A DNA stretch of 64,000 nucleotides from Nitrospirota bacterium (lineage in GTDB: Bacteria; Nitrospirota; UBA9217), in contig CAWFSF010000005.1 in assembly GCA_963818475.1 (NCBI GenBank), positions 256,001 to 320,000 on the forward strand. Reading direction: 5' to 3'. Position 1 is the first letter of the stretch, and every line of letters starts with the position of its first letter. Both the position numbers and the translations under genes were made by a program. Shown here in pieces: positions 41,740 to 51,906 of the stretch. The notes below the pieces were generated by a model. The model was given only the letters and a program-made list of their open reading frames with translations, ran no database searches and was not told the origin of the DNA.

Positions 41740-42833
41740 TTATTTCTGCGCACTGACGACTTTCCTGCCATCGAGCCGCGTTTCATGCCTGCTCACGATC
41801 ACCTGGTCGCCGGCCTTCAGACCGGTCACTGCCTCGACGCTGTCGCCGTTCACCTCGCCGAGCTGGACCATCTGAAAGACCGCGCTCCCCTCGGCTGATA
41901 CGATATACACACCTGAAATGCCCGACAGTTCCACGATCGCCGCTCTCGGGACCAGGATGGCCTCGCGCTTGCCGGTGCTGAACAGGGCCTTGCCGTACAT
42001 GCCGGTGATCAGGCTCTTGTCGGACGGGATATCTATCTTTACGATAAATGAATGGGTCCGGACATCCGACGCGGGAACGACCTGCGCCACCGTTGCCTTG
42101 ATATCCCTGCCGGGCAAGGCATCGATCTGCACGATCACGGGCTTGCCCGTCTGGATGTAGCGGAGGTCCTGCTCCCGCACCGTCACTTCGAGCCTCAGGT
42201 TCCGGTTATCCTCGATCTTGATGATCGGCTGGCCCGGCATCGCCATCTCTCCAAGATTGATATGCTTCTCGATGATCTGGCCGGAGATCGGGGCTTCGAT
42301 GATCGTGTAGCTTTCCATTGCCTTTGCACCCTTCAGGCCTGCGTTGGCTGAATCGAGTCCGAGCGTCGCCTGGTCCATTTCCATCTGGGTGGCGGCCTTC
42401 TCGTCAAAGAGCCGCTTGATCCGGTCATACTGAAGTTTGGCGTTATTGTAGGCAGCCTGCGCCTGAAAGACCTGGGCGCTGATCTCTCCGCTCTCGATCC
42501 TGAGCAGCAGTTTGCCCTGCGAAACGTGGTCGCCTTCTTTCGCGTTCAGCGCCACGACCTTGCCCATGATCTTGCTCGACAGCACCGAACTGTTCCTGGA
42601 GCTGAGCGTCCCTACGGCGGCCACCACCGCGTCGATGGTCTTCGGCGCGATCATCACGGACGATACCGGGATCGGCGCCTCGTCCTTCTTCGACGCTTCC
42701 GCATAGCTCGTGTCTTTCCCGAGCAGGCCGTACCCCACACCTAGAATCGGCCAGAGCCAGTATCAAGGAAGCTCCATAGAGCTTTATTCCTGTCGATCGA
42801 TCCGATCTTTTCTTTTATGGTCACGATATTCAT
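41740..42833 (-). CDS. RND periplasmic adaptor subunit (frameshift near 42745)
   Basis: SSKIMGKVV..KEGDHVSQG, IEAPISG, GLKAGDQV. Confidence 0.9.
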
Positions 42834-42889
42834 AATGCTCTCCTCATTCCTAAATCCGACAATCCGCATTCCGCAATCCGCATTGCCGT

Positions 42890-44251
42890 TTATAGCGTTC
42901 CCTTCGCCAGCTTCAGCTCGGCCTGGGAGATATTGTTGTCGTACAGCGCCTGGAGCGCGTTGGTCCGCGCGCGGATGAGCGAACTCTCCGCGCCGAGCAC
43001 ATCAACAAAGGTCGTCATGCCTGATTCGTACCGCTTCTGAACGATCCTGAGGCCTTCCTCGGCTTCCTGTACCGATGAGGAGGTCGCTGCAATGCGGTCC
43101 GTGGACGCCGCAAGATTATAGAACGCCTGCCTGACCTGGAGCTGCTGCCGCCGATCGGGTCTGCTCTTCCAGCGATCCTCATTCTGCTGCTCAATGCGAG
43201 TCGCTTCCTTCACCTTTGCCCTCGTCACGAGCCCGTCAAAGAGGTTCCACTGCAGCACGGCCATGACTGCCCAGCTTTTCGCATCGCTGCCCGCGAGCTG
43301 GTCGCTGTTCCAGTCCATCTGGCCCATGAGGTTCAGGTTCGGCAGATACTCGGTGCGCGCCTGGCTCACGGATTTCTCGGCGTTCTGCCGGTTCAGGCCC
43401 ATCGAGATCAGGTCCGGCCGTTTTGCCGCCGCCTCTTCAATTGCCGCGTTCAGGTCGGCCGGCGCCGGCTGGGCTGCAAGCGTTCCTTCGATCTCGTATT
43501 CCGTTCCCTGCGGCACACCCATGGAAAAAGCCAGGTTCGCTGCGGCAAGCTTGATGCCGTTCTCCGACCGGGTCAGCATCTCCTGCACCTCGGCCAGCTG
43601 CACCCGGGCGCGCAAAAGGTCGGACTGGAGCACGGCGCCCGCATTGAACCGCGCCTCGGCGAGCTTCACGTTCGCCTGGCTCGTCTCCTGCGACTGGAGC
43701 GCCACCTTGTGATATTCCTTTGCAAGCAGCAGCCCGTAGTATGCCTTCACCACGTTGTAGATGGTCTCCTGCCGCGTGCGTTCCCGGTCCTGGACCGATG
43801 CATCCCGTGCGAGCGCTGCCTGCGTTCTGCCGATATATTCCCTGCCGCCGTTGAACACCGGCTGCATCACCGACAGCCTCGTGTTGTAATTGCTGATCGG
43901 CTCGGGGTTGTTCATGATCGCGGGACTGAAATCTGCCGGGGAAACGATCTCCTGGTTCAGCTTGGTGCCGAGCACCATCAGCGGGTTGTCCGACCTGCTC
44001 CAGGTCTCGGAAAGCGTCACCTTCGGAAGAAAGCCCGACGCGGACTTGAGCACGCCTGCATCTGCGGCCTCGATCTGCGCGTCGGCCGCTTTGAGCCCGG
44101 GATTGTTCCTGAGTGCTGTTTCGATCGCCTGCGGAAGCGTGAGGCTTTCCGCTGCATAGCTGTAGATCGCCACTGCCGCCATGAGGAGCAGGAACAGCAT
44201 GGTGCAGGTAATGACGCGCATGGTTTTTCGCAGAAGCCTGTTCATGTTCAT
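42890..44251 (-). CDS. TolC family outer membrane protein
   Basis: Signal peptide, LTLPQAIETALRNNP, QPVFNGG, WNLFDG; short compensated frameshift near 43145-43195. Confidence 0.9.
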   Translation of the reverse strand: MNMNRLLRKTMRVITCTMLFLLLMAAVAIYSYAAESLTLPQAIETALRNNPGLKAADAQIEAADAGVLKSASGFLPKVTLSETWSRSDNPLMVLGTKLNQEIVSPADFSPAIMNNPEPISNYNTRLSVMQPVFNGGREYIGRTQAALARDASVQDRERTRQETIYNVVKAYYGLLLAKEYHKVALQSQETSQANVKLAEARFNAGAVLQSDLLRARVQLAEVQEMLTRSENGIKLAAANLAFSMGVPQGTEYEIEGTLAAQPAPADLNAAIEEAAAKRPDLISMGLNRQNAEKSVSQARTEYLPNLNLMGQMDWNSDQLAGSDAKSWAVMAVLQWNLFDGLVTRAKVKEATRIEQQNEDRWKSRPDRRQQLQVRQAFYNLAASTDRIAATSSSVQEAEEGLRIVQKRYESGMTTFVDVLGAESSLIRARTNALQALYDNNISQAELKLAKGTL

Positions 44252-44601
44252 CACCCTTGCGGTATGGTTGCGCAGGATCCTGCAGCAAACCCGGCGCTGT
44301 TCCAGACAACGATGCCGCCTTCGAGATTTTTAACGTTGTAGCCGAGACGCGCCAGGTGTGCGCTGGCATAAGCGCTCCGGTTGCCGACCCTGCAATAGAC
44401 AACGATCTCTTTATCCTTCGGAAGTTCCCTCACCCGGAACCCCAGTTCCTGCACTGGGATCAGGTAGGACCCCGCTATTGCCTCTGCAGCGTTCTCCTGC
44501 GGAGTCCGCACATCGAGCAGCAGGAAATCCTCCCCTGAGGTGATCTTTCTGTTCAGCTCATCAGGACCTATATTGTCGAATCCATGGGATTGAAAAAACA
44601 T
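44251..44601 (-). CDS. Rhodanese-like domain protein
   Basis: LLDVRTPQE, YCRVGNRS, NLEGGI. Confidence 0.9.
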   Translation of the reverse strand: MFFQSHGFDNIGPDELNRKITSGEDFLLLDVRTPQENAAEAIAGSYLIPVQELGFRVRELPKDKEIVVYCRVGNRSAYASAHLARLGYNVKNLEGGIVVWNSAGFAAGSCATIPQG

Positions 44602-44677
44602 TGTCTTGTACCTCCGTTACAACACGGGCCATATCTGCACTTATCAATTATAGCGGGGACTTAGCTAAGTATAAGAG

Positions 44678-44759
44678 AAGCTCGAACAATGGACACTGCC
44701 GGGGGGGTTTGCCTTTCGGGGGAAAGGAAGGGGTTTAGCAGCGTCCATTGTTCAAGCTT
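44678..44759 (-). ncRNA. Candidate structured RNA / 5' leader hairpin with C-rich loops
   Basis: 22-bp arms 44678-44699 and 44738-44759 (20/22 complementary) enclosing an inner CCTTTC-CCCC-GAAAGG hairpin. Confidence 0.45.
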
Positions 44760-44771
44760 TGCCTGTTATAT

Positions 44772-44788
44772 TACAATGTGCATGCCAA
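44772..44788 (-). promoter_or_regulatory. Sigma54 -24/-12 promoter
   Basis: TTGGCATGCACATTGTA versus consensus TGGCACG-N4-TTGC; correct spacing, C>T at -12. Confidence 0.6.
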
Positions 44789-44888
44789 ATACGTAATAGG
44801 TTGTTTTTATGATGTTTATTTGTAAGAACGAGAAATGTGCGTCAATTTCAGGAAACTATTGTCGAATTAGAACATGGTGGGAGTGCTT

Positions 44889-44901
44889 TAAGTAGTTGAT
44901 T
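44889..44901 (-). promoter_or_regulatory. IHF-like binding site
   Basis: AATCAA-CTAC-TTA matches WATCAA-N4-TTR, ~100 bp upstream of the sigma54 motif in AT-rich DNA. Confidence 0.45.
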
Positions 44902-44984
44902 TTATAATGAACACAGATTAACATGCTTTCGACAATTATTTCCGCATTTATAAAAGCTTTTGGACACGGGTGGGAGCTATTTCT

Positions 44985-45060
44985 TTTGACACTGATTTTC
45001 ACTGATTGTTTATGATTTATCCGAGGTGATCATAAGCCATCATGTTTTTTCAGTGTCAAA
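44985..45060. repeat. Family A-related inverted-repeat element
   Basis: Perfect 11-bp TIR tttgacactga/tcagtgtcaaa. Confidence 0.7.
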
Positions 45061-45172
45061 GTTTTTTTCTCCGTGCCTCAGTGGTGAAGCTTCTCCCAGC
45101 GACAAAACATACGGTTGACACAGGCGCAAACACTATGATATGGTTAGGCAAATAACGTTCAAGGAGGCGGCA

Positions 45173-45562
45173 ATGGGAAGGTATAAACCGGTCATTTTCA
45201 TCGCAGTCATGATGCTCTGCATCCTGCCGGGGCTCGGTCATGCAGCAGATGAGCTCTTTGATACGGAAGCCTCAACTGAGCTTGTGAAGAAGGGTATCGA
45301 AGACCTGAGGGCCGGCCGTTATGACGCTGCCATCGAGGCGCTCGAAGAAGCGGTCGGCATCAATCCGGAAGCGCCGGCGTTCTACTATCTCGGCTATGCT
45401 TATTACATGAAGGGCAAAAAGAACGATGGAGAGAACCGCACGAAAGCCATGGAAAATTTTGACAAAGCATATGAACTGGACCCAAACTTCACGCCCATAA
45501 AGATCAAAATCGAAGAACCGGCTGCAGCAGCGCCGGCGCCCGCAGTCCCGCAGCTGAATTAA
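45173..45562 (+). CDS. Exported TPR protein
   Basis: AGGAGG RBS, signal peptide, AFYYLGYAYY..AMENFDKAYELDP. Confidence 0.8.
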   Translation: MGRYKPVIFIAVMMLCILPGLGHAADELFDTEASTELVKKGIEDLRAGRYDAAIEALEEAVGINPEAPAFYYLGYAYYMKGKKNDGENRTKAMENFDKAYELDPNFTPIKIKIEEPAAAAPAPAVPQLN

Positions 45563-45609
45563 TCTATTCTAATATCTGACAACTCTAATACCTGACAACT
45601 CGATAAAGC

Positions 45610-45643
45610 AAAAAAGACCCGGCTGCACCTGCAGCCGGGTCTT
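45610..45643 (-). terminator. Rho-independent terminator between convergent genes
   Basis: aagacccggctgc/gcagccgggtctt hairpin with an A run on the left (U tail on minus strand). Confidence 0.75.
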
Positions 45644-45683
45644 ACCATAACCATCATAGCGTTCAGGCAGCGACCCTTTCCCG

Positions 45684-45862
45684 CTATACCACCACGATCG
45701 CCACCTTCTCGATCGCACTGCCGACCACAAAGACCTTTATATTATTACTGTCGGTGTCAGAGGGCGCCAGAAAGAATCCCGCGTCCTCAGTGCCGTCCGG
45801 TTTGGTGAGGGTAAATCCTTTTTTAAAGGGGACCTCACCGTCGTAACAATCCTTTAGTATCA
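45684..45862 (-). pseudogene. Short ORF, possibly the C-terminal remnant of a DUF6982-like protein
   Basis: GFFLAPSDTDSNNIKVFVV resembles the GFFL-P-D--SNN-RVFV end of that family (from memory); N-terminus looks unrelated. Confidence 0.35.
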
Positions 45863-45991
45863 TTTTTTCAAACTGTTCCGTCCATCTGTTGCACAAAGTG
45901 ATACACAACGTTTCATTGACTCAACAACCAAATTATGCTAATAAGAGGCTGGGTTAAAATCAAGTTTCGGGAGAACGAGCAGAAGGAATTC

Positions 45992-47347
45992 ATGCCGGCA
46001 ACACCCTATACAACACTACGAGCAAAGATCGCGCTGTTCATCATCGTTCTGCTGCTGGTCACTGCCGGCATCTTTTCCTTTCTTACGGTGCAGATCATGA
46101 ACAGCCGCATCACCGATGAGGTCACCAAACGCGCAGAAGCGCTCTGCAAAAGCACAGCAGCGCTGGCGCCGTACAGCATGCTTGCCGGCGACGTTCTCGG
46201 GATGGACAACATCGTTGCCCGGATAAAAGGGGCCAATCCCGACGTTGATTATGTTGCCGTGGCCGACGCCGGCATGCGGACCGTGGCCCATACCCGGGTG
46301 GAAGAGCGGGGCAAAAACCTGGCCCTCTCCCCGGGAGAACTGATCCGGCAGAACAGCGACGGCACCACGATCTACCGGTCGGATAAAACATCGGGCCTTT
46401 TTCTTGAGATAATGACGCCGGTTGTTTACAAGAACATACCGATGGGCAGCGTCGTCATCGGCATTAACGACTCCATGCTGCAGGCTGCCCGGACCGAGAC
46501 ACGCAGAAGGATCCTCGCGGGCTTTGTCATCGTCATTCTGCTCGGCGCGGGATGCATCGTCATCCTGTCGTCCGTAGTGGCGCGGCCCATCAAGGAGCTG
46601 ACGCTTGGTGTTGAGGAGCTCAAAGCAGGACGGTACACAAAGCTCAGGATCTATTCCCATGATGAGCTCGGCAAACTGACCGCGAGCTTTAACCAGATGA
46701 CCGAAAAGATCACCCGGCAGCAGACCAAGCTCAGTGCCTATGCCGCGGAACTGGAAGAGTCTTATGTCTCCACCGTCAAAGTGCTCTCTGCTGCCATCGA
46801 CGCGCGGGACCCTTACACGCTCGGCCATTCCACCCGGGTAGCGATGCTCGCGCGGAAGATCGGGGAGGCTTTAGGGTTCTCCCATGAAGAGCTGGAGGAC
46901 CTCGAGGTCGCCAGCCTGTTCCATGACGTGGGCAAGCTCAAGACGCCGGACGCCCTGCTGCACAAGGACGGCCCGCTGGACGTTCTGGAGCACCGCGAGG
47001 TCGCCAATCACAGCGAGCATGGGGCGGCGATCCTGAGCCGTGCACCGTCACTGCAAAAGTACATCCCCGCGGTTAGGCACCACCATGAATGGTACGACGG
47101 AGAGGGCTATCCCGACCGGCTGCGCGGCGAGGACATCCCGCTGCACGCCGCGATCATCTCGGTTGCAGACGCGTTCGACGCCATGACCTCGGTGCGGCCC
47201 TACAAGCATTCTTTCTCCCGAGCCGACGCGCTTGATGAGCTCGCCCGTTGCTCGGGGACACAGTTCAACCCGCAGGTCGTTAAGGTGTTTCACACGATCT
47301 TTGCCATGGATCCCCTGCCGACAGATCATTTTTCAAGGAGAGCCTGA
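45992..47347 (+). CDS. Membrane HAMP + HD-GYP phosphodiesterase
   Basis: Two TMs, HAMP (DELGKLTASFNQM), DARDPYTLGHS, HDVGK, HHEWYDGEGYP, ADAFDAMTS. Confidence 0.92.
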   Translation: MPATPYTTLRAKIALFIIVLLLVTAGIFSFLTVQIMNSRITDEVTKRAEALCKSTAALAPYSMLAGDVLGMDNIVARIKGANPDVDYVAVADAGMRTVAHTRVEERGKNLALSPGELIRQNSDGTTIYRSDKTSGLFLEIMTPVVYKNIPMGSVVIGINDSMLQAARTETRRRILAGFVIVILLGAGCIVILSSVVARPIKELTLGVEELKAGRYTKLRIYSHDELGKLTASFNQMTEKITRQQTKLSAYAAELEESYVSTVKVLSAAIDARDPYTLGHSTRVAMLARKIGEALGFSHEELEDLEVASLFHDVGKLKTPDALLHKDGPLDVLEHREVANHSEHGAAILSRAPSLQKYIPAVRHHHEWYDGEGYPDRLRGEDIPLHAAIISVADAFDAMTSVRPYKHSFSRADALDELARCSGTQFNPQVVKVFHTIFAMDPLPTDHFSRRA

Positions 47348-47350
47348 TCC

Positions 47351-47923
47351 ATGCGGATCGCCCGATCGCCCCTGTTGCTGGTGCTCTGCCTTTCGCTGGC
47401 TGCGCTATTGTCTTCCTGCGCCTCTTTCCAGAACAAGCGCCAGACAGTCGAGGAAACCGTGAGGCAGGCCCAGTCGCAGATCGCGCTGGGTGACTACCAA
47501 AAAGCACTCGCCCTTTATGCTGCCGCTGACGACAGAGCAGGGCACCATCCGTCCCTGCATCGTCATTATGTCAGGACGGGTGACCTGATCAGGGCTGCTG
47601 CGGATACGGCATTTGAGCAGAGGAACTTTCAACAAGCCGGCGGGATCTACCATGTCCTGCGGGAGAGCGGCATCACGGAAAGAAGTTTCCAGGAATCCTT
47701 GTCGTTTGATACAGCTTATTTATTGAGCCGGATCGGCTCATGCTCCAATGCGCTTATGGAACTCGGGCTGGTGAAATACCGGGAGGATAATCTCGACGAA
47801 GCGTTCTCGATCTGGAGCAAGGTGCTGGCATTCGACCCCGGGAACAAGACTATCGCGAAAGCCCTGCAGATAACGAACAAGCAGCGGCAGAAGCTGAGGG
47901 ACATCAGCTCGGCAGCAAAGTAA
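47351..47923 (+). CDS. TPR lipoprotein
   Basis: Lipobox LSSC; TPR-like AFSIWSKVLAFDPGN. Confidence 0.7.
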   Translation: MRIARSPLLLVLCLSLAALLSSCASFQNKRQTVEETVRQAQSQIALGDYQKALALYAAADDRAGHHPSLHRHYVRTGDLIRAAADTAFEQRNFQQAGGIYHVLRESGITERSFQESLSFDTAYLLSRIGSCSNALMELGLVKYREDNLDEAFSIWSKVLAFDPGNKTIAKALQITNKQRQKLRDISSAAK

Positions 47924-47950
47924 GCCCTTCCTTCAAACCTTAAAGAACTG

Positions 47951-48140
47951 TTGGACGCGGATGACCAAAAGTAGGCGCTTTTAAGCGACGCAGATTTTCG
48001 CAGATAAAACCCGGCCATTCAGGAGGGAAGGACTTCACTACAAGGCAATGTATCAGGATAGTTATTAAATTTGCCTTCAGTCTTTATCCGCGTTCATCAG
48101 ATTTCGCTTAGAAGCGCCTACTTCTGGTATCCGCGTCCAA
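47951..48140. repeat. Family A inverted-repeat element with extended arms
   Basis: ttggacgcggat/atccgcgtccaa TIR plus 25-bp inserts in both arms (23/25 complementary). Confidence 0.8.
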
Positions 48141-48155
48141 ATGTTCTTTTTAGAT

Positions 48156-48861
48156 CTAAACTTTCCCTTTTAAATAGCGCTGTCTCTTTGCTTCCGGGAA
48201 CCGTTCAATGGCATAGCGCAGCATGGTCCTGGGCATGGCCTGGCAATGCTCTTGTAAAAATCCTTCTTCCGCCCGCAGATCGCGTTTTCCCACTTCTCGC
48301 AGCATCCACCCCACAGCTTTATGGATCAGGTCGTGGTCGTCCTTGATCAGCATCCCTGCGATGGCAAGCGCATCAGAAAAATCATCCTCTTTGATGAACC
48401 GGAACGTGGCAAGGATGGCGATCCGCTTTTTCCAGAGATCGCGCGATCGTGCCAGCGCATAGAGCGGGTTTCTATTCCTGTTCACGAAGATATTCCCCCA
48501 CGATATTCGGCGCTGAAAGGTCCACCAGGTCCCAGTTGTTGATGTAGCGGGTGTTCTTGAGATACTCTCCGTATATGCGCTTTTTTACAGCTTCGCCGCC
48601 CTGTGCATAGGCATGGACAAGCAAAAAGAGCGCGAGCAATCGCTGTTCGTGGACTTCCGATTGCAGGAGCGTTATCGAATCAGCAACCGTGGTATCCCGG
48701 CATTCCTTTGCGAGCTTCCTGAGCAGCGGAACGGTGATGCCGAGGAACACATCGCCCTCGCCGTACTGCCCCGGCCCGGTCTTGAAAAATCCCTGCAGGA
48801 GTTTGGCTTTTTCTTTATTGGCGAGTTTGCGGAGTTTACGCTGAATTGCTGGTATGGTCAT
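48156..48861 (-). CDS. DNA alkylation repair protein (AlkD family; frameshift near 48485)
   Basis: FFKTGPGQYGEGD, NNWDLVD, DLIHKAVGWMLRE, MPRTMLRYAIE. Confidence 0.9.
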
Positions 48862-48889
48862 GATCTTTCCTTTGGTCTTTAGTTCTGTT

Positions 48890-49228
48890 TCAAAGAGGCA
48901 GCATACTTTCTTTCTCGTTTAAATATTTGTCGATCACCGACGGTAGCCTCTTGGGAGACTTAATGCGCAGCTGTTTGTTGACATTGAACCTACCGAACAC
49001 AACCTCAATGTCATTGGCTGTCACGCCAAATTCTTTAGCCAGGAAGCGGACCATGTGATCGGTTGCTCTGCCGGCCACCGGCGTTGCCGTGACACTGACT
49101 TTGAGTTGGTTACCTTTAATTTTGCCAATAGCGTCCTGCTTCGCGCTCGGCTTGCCGAGAATATTCAGCACCAGCGTTTCGCCGTCCCAGACACAGCATG
49201 AATCAGTTTCCAATCCTTTATGCGCCAC
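48890..49228 (-). CDS. DUF167 (YggU-like) protein
   Basis: KPSAKQDAI..LKVSVTATPVAGRAT. Confidence 0.8.
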   Translation of the reverse strand: MAHKGLETDSCCVWDGETLVLNILGKPSAKQDAIGKIKGNQLKVSVTATPVAGRATDHMVRFLAKEFGVTANDIEVVFGRFNVNKQLRIKSPKRLPSVIDKYLNEKESMLPL

Positions 49229-49482
49229 GCTGCCTCCGACAGTATCCTTCGATCAGGTTCTCGTGCATGATTGGCTATTCCGTCCTGTTATTATGCGGCA
49301 TTGGTAAGACATCGACGAACGCAAAACTATTCACAGGTTATGAGTATATTGAAGTTACTCTGAAAGATAAAGAACAAAAATGGGTAGATTCGGGGTATAC
49401 GGAAAAACGGGATTAGGAAGCATGGGATGGGGCTTTGGGTCTATACAATTTATTATCGTCTCGGCAGGGCACGTCGACCACC

Positions 49483-50154
49483 TCACTTCTTGATCGCAGC
49501 CTCGATAAGTGCCTTTACGCCGGGTTCAACGTCGGTGAACTTGATCCCGTACAAAAAGGATTCAGGTGCGGCCGAGACCTTCTTGACCCGTGCGATCTCT
49601 CCATATCCGCTGACGTGTGTTCCATTGGAAAGAAAGAACGAGAAGTAAACGCCATCGCCTTTCGCAAGCGGCTCCTCCGCGCTGATGAGCATCCCGCTTG
49701 CGCTGATATTCTCCGTCCGGAACGACAGCGGAATGTTCTTGAATTTTCCTGAAATAGCGACGGCAAGAGCGGCCCGGTAGGATTTTCTCGGCGCAATATT
49801 CAGGAATTGCTGCATCTTCATGTGCAGAGGCACCGGTTTGACCGGCATGGTAAAGAACGCATTGGGCTTGCATTGGCTGACGCGTTCCCGCTGCGCGAGG
49901 GTGTCCTTGCAGATAATGATCGTGGACACCTCACGCAATTCCTGGCCTTCCCTGATCAGCCTGAAAAGCTCCTCGCACTTCATGCCGGGCAGGTCGAGTT
50001 TAGTGACAATGAGGTCGACCTTTTCCTTCTTGTGGACCTTCAGGATATCATCGTTCGTGGTCGCAGTAAATACAGCAACTCCGGCCCGCTCGAGAAAACC
50101 GCTCTTCTCCGTGATCTGCTTTTTCAGTTCATGTGCCAGCAGCACTTTTTTCAT
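49483..50154 (-). CDS. Degenerate receiver + PilZ protein
   Basis: VDLIVTKLDLPGM; APRKSYRA, NISASG, YGIKF. Confidence 0.8.
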   Translation of the reverse strand: MKKVLLAHELKKQITEKSGFLERAGVAVFTATTNDDILKVHKKEKVDLIVTKLDLPGMKCEELFRLIREGQELREVSTIIICKDTLAQRERVSQCKPNAFFTMPVKPVPLHMKMQQFLNIAPRKSYRAALAVAISGKFKNIPLSFRTENISASGMLISAEEPLAKGDGVYFSFFLSNGTHVSGYGEIARVKKVSAAPESFLYGIKFTDVEPGVKALIEAAIKK

Positions 50155-50420
50155 CGGTCTCTCTCATCAGTCCTGAATCAACAGCTTCAGGTTGCAGGTC
50201 AACAGCATATGAAGGAAGCATTACTTATTGACATACTATACCACAACTTTCTGCATAGGGTCCACCGGTCTTGTGACAACCGGGTCTATCGCGAAGCTCG
50301 ATTTTTTAAGCAAGACTTTGCCCTTTTGTTTTCATCCGCCTTTATAAGAAGTACTCTAAAACAACACGGGCGCAGACCGAGAGAAGATCTGCGCCCGCCT
50401 GCGTTACTTATAGTGAGATG

Positions 50421-51232
50421 TTACTTCTTAAAGATCTCCTTCAAGAACATCGTCATATCAGCCCACGACTCCTTGTCAGCCTTTGCATTGTAGGCCAGCG
50501 GGAGCTTAAACTTCAGCCCGTTTTTTGTCGCATCGGGATTCGTGAAGGAGTGAACAGCGCCGGGATAGGAAAAAAACTTGAAATCGGCCTTGGCGTCCGT
50601 CATTTCCTTTTTGAACGCTTCAACTCCCTCAGGGGTGGTAAACTTGTCGTCACCGCCGTGATAGACCCTGATCTTCGCCTTTACGCCGCCGGGCACTGCC
50701 GGCTGAAGCGCTGCAAGGGGGGCGTGGAAACTGGCGGCGCCTTTGAGGTCTGCGCCCTGCCGCGCCATGTTCAGGACCACAGCGCCGCCGAAGCAGTAGC
50801 CGATGGCCGCAATATTGTCAGGATCGACGGTTGGCTGCTTCATTAAAAATTCCTGAGCAGCAAGGAACCGCGGTTTGCCATATTCGTTGAAATGATTCAT
50901 GACCTCGGATGAGAGTTTCCCCGCTTCATCGGGATGTGGGGCCAGCTTGCCGTCGCCGTACATATCCACGGCCAGGGCGGTATAGCCGAGCTGTGCCAGC
51001 ATGCGTGCGCGCTTGCGTGCATATTCGTTCTGCCCCCACCATTCATGAACCACGAGCACTCCGGGCCGCTTGCCCGTGACGTTCTCGTCATAGGCCAGAT
51101 AGCCCTTCAGGACCGTGCTGCCCGTGGTGTATTCCACCGGCTCCCCTTTGATCTTCTGGGCAGCGTTCGCGCCAAGCCAGCCACAAGCAATACGCTTACC
51201 ATACTGATGATTGCCAGCAGCAGCTTATTCAT
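50421..51232 (-). CDS. Dienelactone hydrolase family protein (frameshift in signal peptide near 51172)
   Basis: VVHEWWG, GYCFGG, SFH, HSFTNP. Confidence 0.9.
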
Positions 51233-51437
51233 GACGTCCTCCTTTTTGGGGGAACAGGATGTATCAAAAGCGTGCTTTTCTCCCCTGTCGGTATTGATGA
51301 TCCCGTAACAAGTCTTTTAATCCGCGGAGACGCAGAGACTCATTATTTTCCATATGCTCTTCTCGGCGTCTCAGAAGACAGCTGCCTCTCACTTCTATAG
51401 TTTAGCACGATAAAAAAGTGGATGGGGGGTGGGAGGG

Positions 51438-51906
51438 TTACGCGGTTCCGGTCCTTCATGACGCGCTCTATTTCCCGCTTGGATTCCTTTTCCTTGATCG
51501 TGTCCCGTTTGTCAAAGGCCTTCTTGCCTTTTGCGAGGCCAATCAGCACTTTGGCCTTGCCGCGCACGAAATAGATCTTGAGCGGGATGAGCGTGAAGCC
51601 CTTCTGCGTCATTTTCCAGGTTAGCTTGCGGATCTCTTCCTTATGCAGCAGAAGCTTGCGCGTCCGGAGCGGGTCGTGGTTCGCCAGATTGCCCTGGGGA
51701 TAGTGGCTGATATTCCCGTTCAGCAGGAACATCTCCTCGTTCTTCACGATGGCGTAGCTGTCGGTCAGGTTCGCAAGCCCCAGACGCAGGGACTTCACTT
51801 CCGTGCCCAGGAGCGCGATACCTGCTTCAACGGTCTCTTCGATGAAGTAGTCGTGGTGGGCTTTGCGGTTCGTGGCTACTGCGGTATCATGTTTCTTTTC
51901 AGTCAT
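51438..51906 (-). CDS. smpB: SsrA-binding protein (indel next to the true stop)
   Basis: NRKAHHDY, EAGIALLGTEVKSLR, RTRKLLLHK, AKGKKAFDKR; an out-of-frame TAA sits at 51438-51440, where SmpB normally ends. Confidence 0.95.

Noticed and set aside
51343-51437. C-terminally extended SmpB
   Set aside because: The extension runs through intergenic repeat-like DNA; one indel restores a stop at 51438
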